From Octopus sinensis (taxonomy: Eukaryota), in contig NC_043013.1 of the NCBI RefSeq assembly GCF_006345805.1, forward strand, positions 39,680,001-39,744,000: a stretch of DNA of 64,000 bases. The letters are read 5' to 3'. The translations under genes and the position numbers were made by a program. The notes beneath the pieces are model-generated. The model did no database searches. It saw nothing but the letters and a program-made list of their open reading frames with translations, and was not told where the DNA came from. Each line of letters begins with the position of its first letter. The first letter of the stretch is position 1. Of the stretch, positions 37,896-53,154 are shown piece by piece.

Positions 37896-38480
37896 TCAGT
37901 AATCTTATTTTGATCACGTGCTTTCATTGCACTACCGTATACAGCCCTGTGTGCCTTGGGTATGTACTCCGGTTTGTTGTGGTGCTCTTATTCTCACTGT
38001 ATTGAAATTGTTTTATATAAGAAGTGTGCGCTACCTATATTCAGTGTGTTATATATATTTGTCAGTCATGGTGTTTTTATTATGTATTTGTATGAATGCT
38101 TTTTTATCACAGCCAACGCGCCTACTATAATAGGTATTGTTCCTGCTTTTAGGCGCCACATTCGAGTTATCTCTGTTTCCGGATTCCTGTATTTTGAAAG
38201 CTTCGTCGTTTCTTTTAAAGAAACGTTGTCATCTGTTCGTACTGATACATCGATTAGAAAGCTTCTTTTTTTTTTTCTTGTTGATCTCCGACAACTGTAT
38301 CCAGCCTATTAGCCTTGATTTCTCCATCTGTGTGTATCAGCATATCCCAAAGTATGGTTACTTTCTCATTTTCTGTGACCTTTCTGGGGTGTATCTATAC
38401 CACCTTCTTTTTCTGATGTTATTCCATAGTGTTGGCATATCTTCCAGTGTATATAGGTCCCAATATGGTGGTGTCTTTTG
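37895..38480 (-). mobile_element. R4/Dong-like non-LTR retrotransposon 3' fragment (restriction-like endonuclease)
   Basis: GTYIHWKICQHYGI...VTILWDMLIHTDGEIKANRLD...CFLIDVSVRTDDNVSLKETTKLSKY; 3' end adjoins an (ATT)n array. Confidence 0.85.
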
Positions 38481-38515
38481 TTGTATCAGTGTATATGTGT
38501 GTATGTGTGTATGCG

Positions 38516-38860
38516 TGGCACCTTGAGCAAGTGTCTTCTACTATAGCCTCGGGCCGACCAAAGACTTGTGAGTGGATTTGGTAGACGGAAACTGAAAAGA
38601 AGCCCGTCGTATATATATGTATATGTATGTATGTGTGTGTATATGTTTGTGTGTCTGTGTTTGTGCCCCCAACATCGCTTGACAACCGATGCTGGTGTGT
38701 TTACGTCCCCGTAACTTAGCGGTTCGGCAAAAGAGACCAATAGAATATGTACTAGGCTTACAAAGAATAAGTCCTGGGATGGATTTGCGCGACTAGAGGC
38801 ATGACCGCAGTCAAATGACTGAAACAATTGAAAGAGTAAAAATGACTGAAACAAATAAAA
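38516..38860 (+). mobile_element. SINE family B, 5'-truncated, duplicated tail
   Basis: Homology; aaatgactgaaacaa occurs twice at the end. Confidence 0.9.
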
Positions 38861-39282
38861 GGTGATTCATTTATATCTTCTTACATTTCATGTATAGAAA
38901 CGTCTCTTGGAGAAGATAACTCTGACATAAAACCAGATATGCACAGAATGACATTGGATATTCTGGATGTCATTTTGCTCGCACTTGAGATCATAGCGTT
39001 CCCACATTCCTGAACATGCGAACCATACTAGCTCTGGATCTTTTCTCATGGCTTGTGTCTGGATCGAGTCAGTTAGGTGGAGAGGGTCTCTGAGTGGTCG
39101 TACAAGTTTTGTTGGACCTAAAATCTTGCATAGGTTAGGTATAGCTATGTAAAACTTTGCATGGGCAATGGTCAGTGATGGTCTTCCTCGATCATCCGTG
39201 GACAGCCATCATGATTACGAGTGCATACGTTGATATACGTGCACATATATATGCCATATATATGTATACATCAATACGTATG

Positions 39283-39350
<68 letters not shown>

Positions 39351-39572
39351 AACTATAATTGTCATTGAATATGACAGTGGGTGTTAGAGTAGCTACAATG
39401 CTAGAAATAAGAGTTCAATTGCTCCGATGCTGCAGTCAGTCAACACATAATCATCATATTTATAGACAATTATAATTTTCTTTTTGATACATTACTAAAT
39501 GGTTACCTAATTTTATACATATATATATATATATATCTATATATATATATATAATATATATATATATATATG

Positions 39573-39607
<35 letters not shown>

Positions 39608-40688
39608 GAACGTAGCTTGGGTGGGGTAAGCAGGGTACATGCCCTGGGCGCCACTTTGAGGGGGACGCAATTTTGGCCAAGATAATTTTCTAATTCAGCC
39701 ATTAATTGTTTTCCTTATCGCCATCCACGTCCCTAGACAGAATAAGTGTTTTTAGCGGTTCGGCAAAAGAGACCGATGGAATAAGTACTAGGCTTCCAAA
39801 GAATAAGCCCTGGGGTCGATTTGCTCGATTAAGAGGTGCTCCAGTATGGCCGCAGTCAAATGAAACAGGTAAAACAGTAAAAGAGTGTATTCTCTCTCTC
39901 TTTCTCTCTCTCTCTCCCTCTTTCGCCCTGCGTTGATAATACTTTTATTCAATACTATACTCCGCTATTTTTATTTCCTATATTTTGACGTCATGTATAT
40001 ATTAAATACACACGCACATATTATTACATATACACATAGATATTGTAGGAATGTTTGAGTGTATGTACGTGTGTAAGTGTGTTAAAATGAATACACACAC
40101 ATATATATATATCTATGTGTGTGTGTGTGTGTGGTGTATTTATGTGCTTGGAAGTGTTTGCGTGTGTTTTTTCATACACTATACTCAGATGTATATGTCT
40201 ATGCGTCTGTACGAATTTATGTATACGCTCGTACATAAGTTCATTATCATAATTATTATCAAAATCAGTGAAGAGGAGCAGTAGGGGTCCCTACTCAATG
40301 TTTAAGATTATTGTCTGGCATTATTAGCCCCAGAGTTCAAATCCCGCTAGGGTTGCTTTATACTTTTAATTCTCATGGATGAAATAAAATATGAACTTTT
40401 ACGACTCCAAAACAGATAATGTTGTTATACTAAAGAAAAATACTTACTGCATACACATATATAGATGTGTGTGTGTATCTATGTGTGGATAAATATATAT
40501 ATGTGTGTACATATATACATACATATAAGTGTACGTGTGTGTATGATATATATGTATATTTGCATATATGTAATATGTATGTGTTATATTTTGCATATAT
40601 TTATAATACGTACACGCATACACGTATACGTTTATATTACATATATATTTATATACGTATATATATCTAATACGTATATATATATATC

Positions 40689-40732
<44 letters not shown>

Positions 40733-41074
40733 TTGCTGGACAGTGATAAATTGCATCGTGAATCTAGAACTTCTCAAAGCAATAAAACATAAATCAAAGG
40801 CTGAGATGAAAGAAGAAATTCGTGGTTCAGTTTTGGCCAACGTTTAAAGCGTTTCGAGTGAAAACCAAATTCTTGACCCGATTCCAATCCACTTCCTACT
40901 TCAAAGGTTTGCAAAACCACTCTTCCCAGATACTTGTATTCACACAAACACATATTTGTACTAAAACACACACGCAGACACACACACACACATACACACA
41001 AACACATATACACGTATTTTTGTGTTTGCATTTCGTATAATTAGACAGACAGACAGACAGACAGACAGGCAGAC

Positions 41075-41156
<82 letters not shown>

Positions 41157-41201
41157 GTACATGAGAGATAGATACATGATAGATAGATAGATAATGATAG
41201 G

Positions 41202-41332
<131 letters not shown>

Positions 41333-41626
41333 CAGATAGATGGATAGATATATAAATATACATACCCATAAACATGCATATATATAAAACACTCAGGCCA
41401 TTTCTCTCTCTCTCTCGCCCTCTCTCCCACAGTATATCTCTCTACATTTCATTTTTTCCTGCCGTTTAATTATTACTAATTGCTTTATCAGCTTTAATAA
41501 TTATCTTCATTGGCTACAGAACTTGTCACAATCGACGCCATTAAAGTGCCTGTATTTCAAAGTGTCAATCTCCAGCTGTGTCTTAATACTTGCAATATTT
41601 AATAATAAAATAATAATAATAACAAT

Positions 41627-42523
41627 CGTTTTTTTTTTTATTGGCCGTAACGGCCGAACACAAAACAAATAGTGACAATACAAAACTAGGGACACATGGG
41701 GTTTAACACAAAAATCGAGTAAATAATAAAATAACAAAGACAACAATACAATTAAGCAATAAAATTCCCCCAATAGGTGGTTATCCCGACCGCCAGATGC
41801 ACCTCAGCAGGCGCCTCTCTCCTTGTCAAACTCTTCCGATTTCGCCACATTCACCCACTTTTCAACAAATTTACTTGGGGACAGAACTTCCCTCCCTACT
41901 TGCACTTTTCTTTCGAAGTGGAACTTGAAAAAATCGATGAGAGCTTGGCCGAAGAAGGAAGTATCTGTCGTCAGTCCTTTCAATCTTGTCTACCACACTA
42001 CCTCCTTCGCCAAAGCCACCAGATAGAGAAAAGCTGCCTTTCCTTCCCGGCCGAAGGAAGGAGGTGGTGCGATCTTCATGATGGACTTGGCTGAAAACCA
42101 GATCCGTCCTGCACGTGATAATAGCTGTTCGACAAAGCTCCACAGGATAGTAATGCACTGACACTCGACGAGTGTGTGCAGGACGGTTTCATTGCCCTGC
42201 ACACACCTCAGGTCCGTCTCACAGCACTTACGTGTCTGTTGAGTTTGTCTCGAACCGGCAGAGTCCCCGGCAGCATTACCAGGCCAGGGATTTCTAGAAG
42301 TTATCTATAGGCCTCGGCCCGAAAGTCCTCAGGAAAATACCTGTTAATTGATCCCTCCCATTGCCCAGAGTTTCCCCGAGGACATCGTCACTCTTACCCT
42401 CCACTAAACTCAAGTAGAACTCCATAGTGGAACTTCCACTTACCACGTTTCCCGACTCGCAGAAAGCTGTGAGTGCTTGCCGACACTCCAGGAGCAAGGC
42501 GCTGACTCTTGATCTACGCTTGA
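41627..42523 (-). mobile_element. Tx1/L1-clade LINE 3' fragment with poly(A) end
   Basis: MQGNETVLHTLVEC (C-terminal Cys/His motif) ...LVALAKEVVW; AATAAA-A10 end at 41629-41642; candidate TSD ataataataacaat (41613-26 and 42523-36). Confidence 0.8.
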
Positions 42524-42582
42524 TAATAATAACAATAATGATAATAATAATGATGCTGCTGATGCTGATGATGATGATGATA

Positions 42583-42641
<59 letters not shown>

Positions 42642-42689
42642 GGTGGTGGTGGTGGTGGTGGTGGTGATGATGATAATTATAATAATACA

Positions 42690-43890
42690 ATGCGATCACC
42701 TGACCAAACTTCGGATATCGGGCATTGTTGTGGTGAATAAAAAAGAAAGAACAAGTATGGTAATCGACAGAGCAATCCCCGGTTACAGCGGGATCAATGT
42801 GAAAGAACCACCATAGGATTGCAAAAATACCTACTTCAGAAACAAGGAAAACTAATAAAAATAGCCACAAAACACGAGCAAAACAAACTGTTTTTAGTCT
42901 TTGGGGAAGCTGACAAATACAAATAAGAAGTCATAGTACTTAACAACTATGAAGAAAAAAACAAAAGCTGTGAAACAAATGAAATCCAAAATAAACTAAA
43001 ACAGTAACGGATCATGATAAAACGATGGCAAGAAAAGCGCCTTCATGGCAGATACTGGGTTAAACTAAACGCAAAAGAAACAGACAAAGCATAATCCCAG
43101 CAATGGCTGAGAAGCTCAGGACACAAAGCAGAGACTGAAGGATATTTAATTGCAGCACGAGACCAAAGCCTCCCCACCAGAAATTATCAAAAAAATATAA
43201 TGTAAAGAAACATAACAAGTAACTGCAGAATATGTAGAGATGGACAAGAAGCAATAAATCATATTATCTCTGGCTGCCCAGTCCTGGCTAAGAAGGAATA
43301 TATTCACAGACACGACAGAGGTGGGACCTACATACACTGGAAGCTATGCCAACACTATGGAATAACAACAGAAAAAGATGGTGTAAGACCGCGCCAGAAA
43401 AGGTCACAGAAAACGAGAAAGCAACAATAATATGGGATATGCCAATACACGCAAATAGAGAAATTAAGGCCAATAGGCCAGATATAGTTGTCAGAGATCA
43501 TGAAGAAAAAATGCTTTCTAACTGATGTATCAATACCAACAGACGACAACGTTTCTCTAAAAGAAATGGAGAAACTTTCAAAATAAAAAGGCCTGGAAAT
43601 AGAGGTAACTCAAATGAGGAATCTAAAAACAGAACCAATTCCTATCAAAGTGGGCGAATAAGGTATGATAAAAAAATATTCAAACAAATACATAACAAAA
43701 ACACCAGGACTATGAAATATATATTACATACAGAAAATAGAACTACTAGGCACCACACACATCCTACGTAAAACACACTCAATACAGTAAAAATAAGAGT
43801 ATCACTACAAACCAAAGCACATACCCAAGTTACTCAGAGTTGTGTTCGGTAGTACAGTGAAAGAACGTGAAAAAAAATATAACTACTGAA
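42690..43890 (+). mobile_element. R4/Dong-like non-LTR retrotransposon 3' portion
   Basis: WQEKRLHGRY...AETEGYLIAARDQSLPTRNY...CRICRDGQEAINHIISGCPVL (CCHC) ...RPDIVV endonuclease motif; many stops. Confidence 0.9.
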
Positions 43891-44439
43891 TAATAATAAC
43901 AGCCTTGATGCAGTACAAGGCTGTGGTTCTCATGGCTCCTGATCTTAACTGATTGGAATTATTATCATGTACATTGTTTTGTCTTGGTATAAAAGAAGGG
44001 CTACAGCAAATATTCTGCTCAATACCACAGATTTGCTTGTCAGTTGTTTGACCATAACCAGTTAAGCATGTCCCTTGGTGGCTGATGATATGTGCATCTC
44101 TGATCACGAGCAGAAGTAGTGAGGGATCATCTTAGCCATGTATTGAGAGGAATTTTGTGGGTTTTGGATAATTCACCTCTGGAAACATGGGTGTTTCATT
44201 CAACTTCCTTAAACAACCCTTATTCAGGGACCTTTTGAGCAAGATGGGCTATTCGACCTGAAGAAAATTCTAACTGGGCCCCACACGCAAAATCATGCGC
44301 TGTTTATCCACATATGGTTGTGATGCATATGCCTGGTGTACCCTTATCTGACTGGTAGTCATGATGAGTTAGTTGGTTTCTTATATTTCGCCCAAGTGTC
44401 ACTTCTCTCTCACTCAATAATGATGATGATAACAACAGC

Positions 44440-44535
<96 letters not shown>

Positions 44536-44993
44536 CGGAAGGCAATATAGTCCAGTGGCACCTACCAGTAATTGTGTTCAGTTTGAATTTTCGACAGCTA
44601 TTCTCTGAATATCACCTACTAGCAAACCCATCGTAGAACAATGCTTGCAAACATTTAACCTTTCACACTGGAAAAGTCAAGAGCCATTGTGAAGACCGTG
44701 TATTACATGAAACTGGGAAGTTGTCTCTAATGATTCAGCATTTTATCCAGACATCAACTATTGTAATTGGTTCTAATGACGTAAAGCAAGACGGTAAGCA
44801 TCACACAGACCAATTTGTCAGAAGGTATTACTACAAGATTACTATAGGCAAAAATCTGCATATCCTACTTCTCTCTTTATCTCTCCCTCTCTCACTTTTC
44901 TCTCTTTCTCTCTTTCTCTCTCTCTTTCTTCTTTTCTTTCTGTGTCTCATATGTATGTATACATCATGGTACGTACGTTTGTATGTATGTATG

Positions 44994-45027
<34 letters not shown>

Positions 45028-45141
45028 TATATGCATGCATGTAAATGCAACGCATATACAACGTACATACTTCTCTGTATAGTTATATAAGTGTGTATAT
45101 ATATATATGTATATATATATATATAATTATATATATACATA

Positions 45142-45224
<83 letters not shown>

Positions 45225-45284
45225 CATACATATATATATATATATATCTGCATATATATGAAATTTAAAGTCAGCATAAGACAT

Positions 45285-45500
45285 CAAAAACCGTTAGATT
45301 CACTTCAAGATGTAAACTTAAACAGCGACTTGTTCACTGACAAAAATTCTGATGCTGCACGAAATTTTGTCAGTGAATAGGTCGCGGTTCAAAGCGACGA
45401 AAATATTTTGACAAATTAAATTTAAATGTTGAAGTGAATCTCATGGGTTTTGTGTGTGTTTTAAATGTCTTATAAACACCTTCCACTCTGCGATTGTTAA
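45285..45500 (+). mobile_element. Fold-back copy of the 24640 family
   Basis: 45285-45350 is an internally deleted inverted copy of 45361-45450. Confidence 0.8.
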
Positions 45501-45551
45501 TTATGTATAATTATATATATATATATTATATATATATATATATATATTATG

Positions 45552-45596
<45 letters not shown>

Positions 45597-45741
45597 ATAA
45601 TCAAAATAAGTAACAAGGATATCCAGATATCATTGTTGATTATTTTGATTTTAATCATCTTATTTTGAAATTTTATGGATAATACCGTACTAAATTCTGG
45701 TGCCTCAACTTAAGTACCATATTCATCTGAATCTAAATTTT

Positions 45742-45802
<61 letters not shown>

Positions 45803-45815
45803 ATGTATGTATGTA

Positions 45816-46190
45816 TTTGACTGCGGCCATGCTGGAGAATCACCTTTAGTCGAGCAAATCGATCCCAGGACTTATTCTTTGTAAGCCTAGTACTTATTCT
45901 ATCGGTCTCTTTTGCAGAACCGCCAAGTTACGGGGACGTAAACACACCAGCATCGGTTGTCAAGCGATGCTGGGGGGACAAACACAGACATACAAACATA
46001 TACACACACATACATACATATACATATATACGACGGGCTTCTTTCAGTTTCCGTCTACCAAATCCACCCACAAGGCTTTGGTCGGCCCGAGCCTATAGTA
46101 GAAAACAATTGCCCAAGGTTCCACGCAGTGGAACCGAACCCGGAACCATGTGGTTGGTAAGCAAGCTACTTACCACACAGTCACCCCTGC
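45816..46190 (-). mobile_element. SINE family B, full length
   Basis: Homology to 48178-48663. Confidence 0.92.
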
Positions 46191-46192
46191 GC

Positions 46193-46254
<62 letters not shown>

Positions 46255-47089
46255 ATGCATTTATGTATGCATTTATGTATGCAAGTATGTATATGTATGG
46301 ATATATACATCTATACCAAGTACATATATCTGCCCATGTATGTTTTTCACATTCTCTCTCCATGCAATGATACACAAACATATGTATTATATGTTTACAC
46401 ACTCACACACACACTCATATACATACATACATACGCACATAGACAGACACAAACATATAGACAGTCAGATAGACAGCTATACACACATGCATGCTCACAT
46501 ACATACAAACATACACGCTTGCATTTGTACGTGCATACCTACCTACATACAAACATATACATACATACATACATACATACATACATACATACATACATAC
46601 ATACATACATACATACATACATGCATACATACATATATACATACGTACATACACACACGCATACATATATACATAATTGTTATTTGTAAAGGTTTCTTAA
46701 TTTAGTACAACGCGTTTTACTTATTTAGCAATCGGCAGACACCCTACACGCTACATAGCACCTGTGGGATTTCAGTTCATCTGATTTCTCCGCTAACCTC
46801 ATTACATATGTTTTTGAAGAGAATTGTCAAATAAATGACTGTTATTAAAGTATCCAACTCAGCGCTCTCCTACCATTCTCATATATACTAACAATTATAT
46901 ACTCAGAAGAAAAAGAAATTCACTGAAACCTTACGAAGGAAAACAACAATCTATGTCTTTAAATTAATTTCTAACGTTGAACACATAATACAAAACGTTC
47001 TGAAGATTAATTGAGAGGAAAATATGTTAGCTTACAGTGCAGGGATGCAGAGATGCCAATCAGAATGTAGCAGATATTGGCAACATGTT

Positions 47090-47810
47090 TGTGAATATGA
47101 CGCCCACAGTTATGACACTTGTCGGGCAGTAAATTGTAACGGCTACCGTGTTATACATTATGACTATCACAATTGTGTAGATATGAGAATCACAAGGTAT
47201 ATATTATGACTGTCAATAATGACATAAATACGACAGTAACAAAGATAAAGATGTTTCAGATATACTAAGAGATATGACAGTCTCAGAGATATACAATGAT
47301 ATGAGTATGACGGTGAAGGTCTGTATGTATGATGGTCACAGTCGTATAGGTTAAGTTTATCATAAGGTTAATCATACTGATGTAGATATGATTGCCCTAG
47401 AGATATAGATATGGTAGTCAGAGTCATATAGATATGACTCTATAGTTATGATAGTCACAGAAGTATAGACATGATAGACATAATGGTGTAGATAAGAGTC
47501 ACAGGGTTCTAGATTATGACGGCTATAAGTGACTTAAATATGATTGATAAATATATGAATATGACAGTCACACTACAAAAGATATATCAAGCATAATAGA
47601 TACGGATATCCATATGGCAGTCATAATGACGTAGATATGATGGTAATAGCCACGTAGATTATTCTAATGTTAATCATAAAGTCATAGACATAACGGTTAT
47701 AGAGACGTAAAATATAGTCAGTTATATAGATATGATAGTCACAGAGGTGCATATATGTTAGACATGGTGACATAATTATGATGATCGCTACGATATAGAT
47801 TTAGGGTATC
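47090..47810. repeat. Degenerate ~23-bp minisatellite (consensus near tagatatgacagtcacagagata)
   Basis: tagatatg recurs at 23-bp spacing, e.g. tagatatgattgccctagagata tagatatggtagtcagagtcata tagatatg. Confidence 0.75.
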
Positions 47811-47876
47811 ATAGTGATATATATATATACATGCAGACATATCTTCATACATAGATGTATACATATACAATCGTAA

Positions 47877-47899
<23 letters not shown>

Positions 47900-47907
<8 letters not shown>

Positions 47908-48341
47908 AAGTTATAAGATATAATACAAGTCTTCTACAGTGCTAAGTTATTGTACTCCTCGCTTGATCTAAAAACCTTAAGTGCATACACAAAAATACTA
48001 ATCACCCTAGATACATAACCCAATCAATACTAGAAGACACTTGAACCCGCATATCAAGTATCTCAGCTAACGAGGAATATTTAGATTAAACGAAGATTAC
48101 TATAAATTAGTACCAGAGAAGGCGGGATACAGAGAAAAGTTAATATTCAACAAGAGAAACCATAATAGAATAGAAGTAAGTGGCTGTGTGGTAAATAGTT
48201 TGCTTACCAACCACATGGTTCCGGGTTCAGTCCCACTGCGTGGCACCTTGGGCAAGTGTCTTCTACTATAGCCTCGGGCCGACCAAAGCCTTGTGAGGGG
48301 ATTTGGTAGACGGAAACTGAAAGAAGCTCGTCGTATATATG

Positions 48342-48440
<99 letters not shown>

Positions 48441-50020
48441 GTGCGCGTGTGTGTGTGTGTGTGTGTATCTGTGTTTGTCCCCGCAGCATTGCTTGACAAC
48501 CGATGCTGGTGTGTTTATGTCCCCGTCACTTAGCAGTTCGGCAAAAGAGACCGATAGAATAAGTACTGGGCTTACAAAGAATAAGTCCCGGGGTCGAGTT
48601 GCTCGATTAAAGGCGGTGCTCCAGCATGGCCGCAGTCAAATGACTGAAACAAGTAAAAGAGTAAACTATCCAAACACTAGTTACAACACATTGTATAACT
48701 GAAAGGACACCCCAAATCACTACGCGAGGATGGGGAAAAAAGTTAAAGATAGGAAGACTGAGAATATAAAACATAACAATAGGGTATTATTTACATTATT
48801 ATAGAACATATAGACCATATCCATAGGTATTATTTACATTATAACCATAGGTTACCTGGATACGAAAAGAATGGTAAGGATTCGGACGAATATATACTGT
48901 ATGTACTGCGTATTGAAATACACAGCCAGAATAACTGTAAAGGCATTAGTCAACAGGAAACAAACCGCTATAAATATTCACACGCTTACACTTTTTGTAC
49001 AACTAATGTGTACAATAATAAGTGACCTGCACACTTGTGTGAGAACCGTGAAAATAGGAAGTACACTACCAATAAAAAGGTGACAAAACCCGAAATCACT
49101 AATACCAGTAATAGTTTTAAAACTACGTTGTGATATATTATCCCATTTGGGAATCAGATAATTTCCAGCCTGCCTAAATTGTTCTATACGGCGATAGAAA
49201 GACACTTTCCTGGAAATAGCAGATACTACAAAATATTTAATAATCATATCATTGAACTAGCATTTTCTAATAGCCGCATTCTGACAAAAATAATAGCCGC
49301 TCATAATGCAATTAAACTATGCATCTTCCAGGAAGATCATAGTAATGAGAATACAAATAATAGAGTAACGATAAATAGCAACAGTAAAGTGATGAGACAG
49401 TAATTGATCGCACTAGGCCAGAGAGGAATGGTAACAGTAGAACTGACAACCAAAGAGAAACAATCCTAACAAAATCCCTCACGGGCATTGAAATGACAGG
49501 TCGAAACACTAGAAAGAGCAGTACCGAAACTAACATCAGTAGATTCATCACAAATAATATGGAAATTAGGGGAAAAGTTTTAGAAGAGATCCCTCAACAA
49601 CGCAAAAAGTAATAGAAATAGATAAACTAGTTTTTACAACTGTGCAAGAAATAAAATCTGCCCGTTAGATCCTAAGTATAAAACCAGGAACGTTGCCTAC
49701 TGATGTAAAATAACCTCCGAGGGTAGGGAATACTTTTATATTGGTGCTACCTTCCTTTTTTTTTTTGTTTTGAAAACTCACTAGTCACTTGAATTTATTT
49801 AGGGATAGGGAAAAAACAAATAGTACAAACCTAAGTAAACTAATTTGGTCATTTCAGGACGAAAACAAAAGCTATTCGATTGATTCAGAACTAATTAGTA
49901 CTGCTAAGCCGTATAGAATAGGAGGAAAGAGATGTGACTTCTACGTAGAGGAGGTTTACCAAATATTTACTTCAAAATACGCATTAATAAACACCAAATA
50001 AGAACAAGATGGCTACAAAA
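47900..50020 (+). mobile_element. Decayed Penelope-like element (RT end to GIY-YIG), interrupted by SINE B
   Basis: SLDLKT..YTK, NTNHPRYI..RISSISANEE; AIERHFPGNSRYYKIFNNH; ICPLD..NVAY..YFYIGAT; STNLSKLIWSFQDENKSYSI..AKPYRIGGKRCD. Confidence 0.85.
48178..48663 (+). mobile_element. SINE family B, full length, near-consensus
   Basis: Complete head, internal (TA)n(TG)n of ~140 bp, complete tail. Confidence 0.93.
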
Positions 50021-50640
50021 GCGCAAATGGACTATCAAACAATAAAAATGAATACATTACACAATATGCAATACTAATGAAGTAGTAACCAAACCCCACA
50101 AAAAGAAATTTAAACACGCAAAAATACTTTTATGCAAACACCGCACTCTGGACCAAAGGTAACGCACACATCTATTCAAACCTACTAAGAGCATAACAAA
50201 TAAAACAACCCCAATCATGACCTATTTTAAGAGCAAGCTCCAGCCTCCATCAACAAGAGAAGTGAGCTCCTGGTCAGGTTTTTGTAACTATAAATAGTAA
50301 TAGTGCCAGGAATCCTATGATGGATTCCTGGTACGCGAGAAGGAACAGCCAAAATCCAAACCACTATTAGGGGTAAAATTTCGAAGGAAATGAAAAATAA
50401 AAAAATTTACCATGTATCTCCTGGACCATGGTTTCTGACCTCTTTTATCAAATAAAATAATTTGTTAGGCGAAGTGTTCATCTTCTAGCGTGCCAGGAAT
50501 CCTATGACAGATACCTCTTATGTACACTGTATTTATATGAATAATGTATAGTCTGTTGACTAATTTTTCTACACGCTAGGCCACTGGTAGTAAAAATTTC
50601 TAAAATCTTTATTACCCTGATATTATTAATTATACATATA

Positions 50641-50685
<45 letters not shown>

Positions 50686-50751
50686 GCAAACATAATACAT
50701 ATATATAATATATATACATCCATACATATATATATGTATATATGTATATAT

Positions 50752-50818
<67 letters not shown>

Positions 50819-51519
50819 CATACATATATATACACACACACACACACACATCCTAGCATCAGAATACATACTCTTATGTATATTTTCACTCATTCATACA
50901 TTTACTCCGGCACACACACAAACATCATGTGCGTGTGTGTACGTATGTACACATACATCTGTAGTATTATCATATGAGGCACGGTCAGTGACACAGAAAC
51001 CACTTCTACAACTGACAAATAAAAGGTGATCCGCTATCTCGCTCATGTTTGCAATCATGTAAATAACCGCACCGTCAAGATGGCTAATGAAATTTAGAAG
51101 CAAGGTGAAGTTTAATCAGACACTGATATCTCTCAAAGGAACATAGGAAGATCCTATTTAATACAATAACAAAATCGAAATGTAAATCAATTCACTGAGA
51201 GAGTTTGTATTAAAATTGAAAAGCACAGATCATAGGGAGAATAATGTAAATTAAAAGATTGACATGAAGTATCGTAGGGTTTTGACATAGCACCTTGTAG
51301 GTTACATCCATGCAATCATGAAACAAGAAATGTCCACATCAAACGCCATCTGTCCAAATGACTGAAAAAGTCGGATGATAACGCGTTTCTTTTATGAACA
51401 AACCCGAATGAAGTCATTAGCCACGTCATTACCAACTGTGGGAGACTGTCCTCTTGATACTAACTTCGCATAATGATGTGGTAGCTGGCAGAGCAATCTG
51501 GAATAGAGAAAGAATGTGG

Positions 51520-51905
51520 TTAAGGGGCTCGCATTGTAACCACTTAGTTTTGGGTTCAGCCCCTCTGCGTGGAACATTGGGCAAATGTCTTCTACTATAG
51601 CCTCGGGCCGACCAATGTCTTGTGAGTGAATTTGGTGGAAGCCCGTCGTATATGCATGTTTGTGTGCGTGTGTGTATCTATATCTGTATCTTTGTGCCTG
51701 TGTTTGTTTCCACCACCCGCTTCACAGACTGTATTGGTTTGTTCACATATCCACGGGTAGATGTTCGACAAAAGAGATCGATAGAATAAGTACAAGACTT
51801 GAAAATAAACACTGGGGTTGATTCGTTCTATCAAAACCCTTCAAGCTTGGTTCCACCAGCATGGCCGCAGTTCTGTAACTGAAACACGTGAGAGATAAAA
51901 GATAA
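51520..51905 (+). mobile_element. SINE family B, diverged
   Basis: ttgggcaaatgtcttctactatagcctcgggccgacc ... ccagcatggccgcagt. Confidence 0.8.
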
Positions 51906-52036
51906 GAAGAACCAATAAAGACAACCACATTCACACTGACTGCTGAAAACAAAATATTGGTTAAAACTGTGAATAAAAGCAGCAGCCGATTGAAAATATA
52001 ATTTATCTGATATTCTTGTAAGAAACAACATAAATA

Positions 52037-52855
52037 CGAAGAGGTACCCAAAAGTAACTGGAAACATTTTCTGTGGGACAAGCTCATTGTAATTCGGGCT
52101 TCCGCCGCTAGATTTCACTTGATGCAAACTTCAGGCATCAGTCTGCCGACCATTGTCGGCGTGTAGTGTCGTACTTCCATGTGGTGCGTCTTTGTTTTGC
52201 AGTGCTTCTCCCTCATTCATCGATTGGATCAGTGTGTTTCCGTGAAATTCTCTTTTCTTCTGGGTAAGACGGCGGCCGAAACAGTTGTCATGCTTCAGAC
52301 AGTTTACAAGGACGCTCCCATGAGCAAAACAACACAGGTTTATGAGTGGTTTTTACACTTTAGGAATGGTCATTTGTCGCTTGAAGAACAATTTCGTTCA
52401 AGGCGACTGTCGACACCAACGGACGAATAAAAACAACACGAAAATGCATTGACGAATGTGTTGATATGACCGGTGTGTCCTGGAGCTCCTGCTACCGAAT
52501 TTGAAAGAAGAATTGCAAATGAAAGAGTTGCAGCAAAATTTGTGTCTATCTTGCTCACGGAAGACTGAAAGCAGTCACAACTGAGTGTGTAACCCCGCTT
52601 ACTCACCCTCCACATTCACCCGATCTTGCTCCCTGTGACTTGTTTTGTTCCCCCGAATAAAAACAAGTTCTTAAAGGTAAACGTTTGGCAGTTATTCGCA
52701 GAGTTCCAGAACTGCTTCCTACAATGGAAGATGCATCAGGACCGATGCATGGCCTCAAATGGAGAATACTTTGAAGGTGATAAAAATGTAAACATGTAAA
52801 ACTAAGTCAATAAAATAATATTGCAAAATCCTGGTTTCTTTTGGGTACCCCCTTG
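52037..52855 (+). mobile_element. Internally deleted mariner with both TIRs and TA TSD
   Basis: TA|cgaagaggtacccaaaagtaactgg ... cctggtttcttttgggtacccccttg|TA; VKFSFLLGKTAAETVVMLQTVYKD, HPPHSPDLAPCD, NGEYFEGD remnants. Confidence 0.92.
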
Positions 52856-53154
52856 TATATGCCGTGATGTAGATATCAGCGGCCCCATTGAGGAAACCAA
52901 TGTAGTAATATAAGTACGGCAGAAAGAAGACAAATGTAGAACATTGAATGGGGGCACGCAAATCCAATGTAATCGATTTACCACCTCCTCCCCAATGTAT
53001 ACACATACTTTGAACATTTTATTTGACCTCTTCTTCACTCTCCTTTCTTATGCTTCTATTTAAACCCCTGCAAAAATTGTAATCTGTCCTTGTAATGTCC
53101 GTCTAATCAGATATATCTGTAATAAATTATATAAACCATCATCGTTATTATCCG

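Noticed and set aside
44752-44794. 43-bp plus-strand AG/GTAAGC-bounded segment
   Set aside because: Too short and without homology; such signals are expected by chance in 64 kb.
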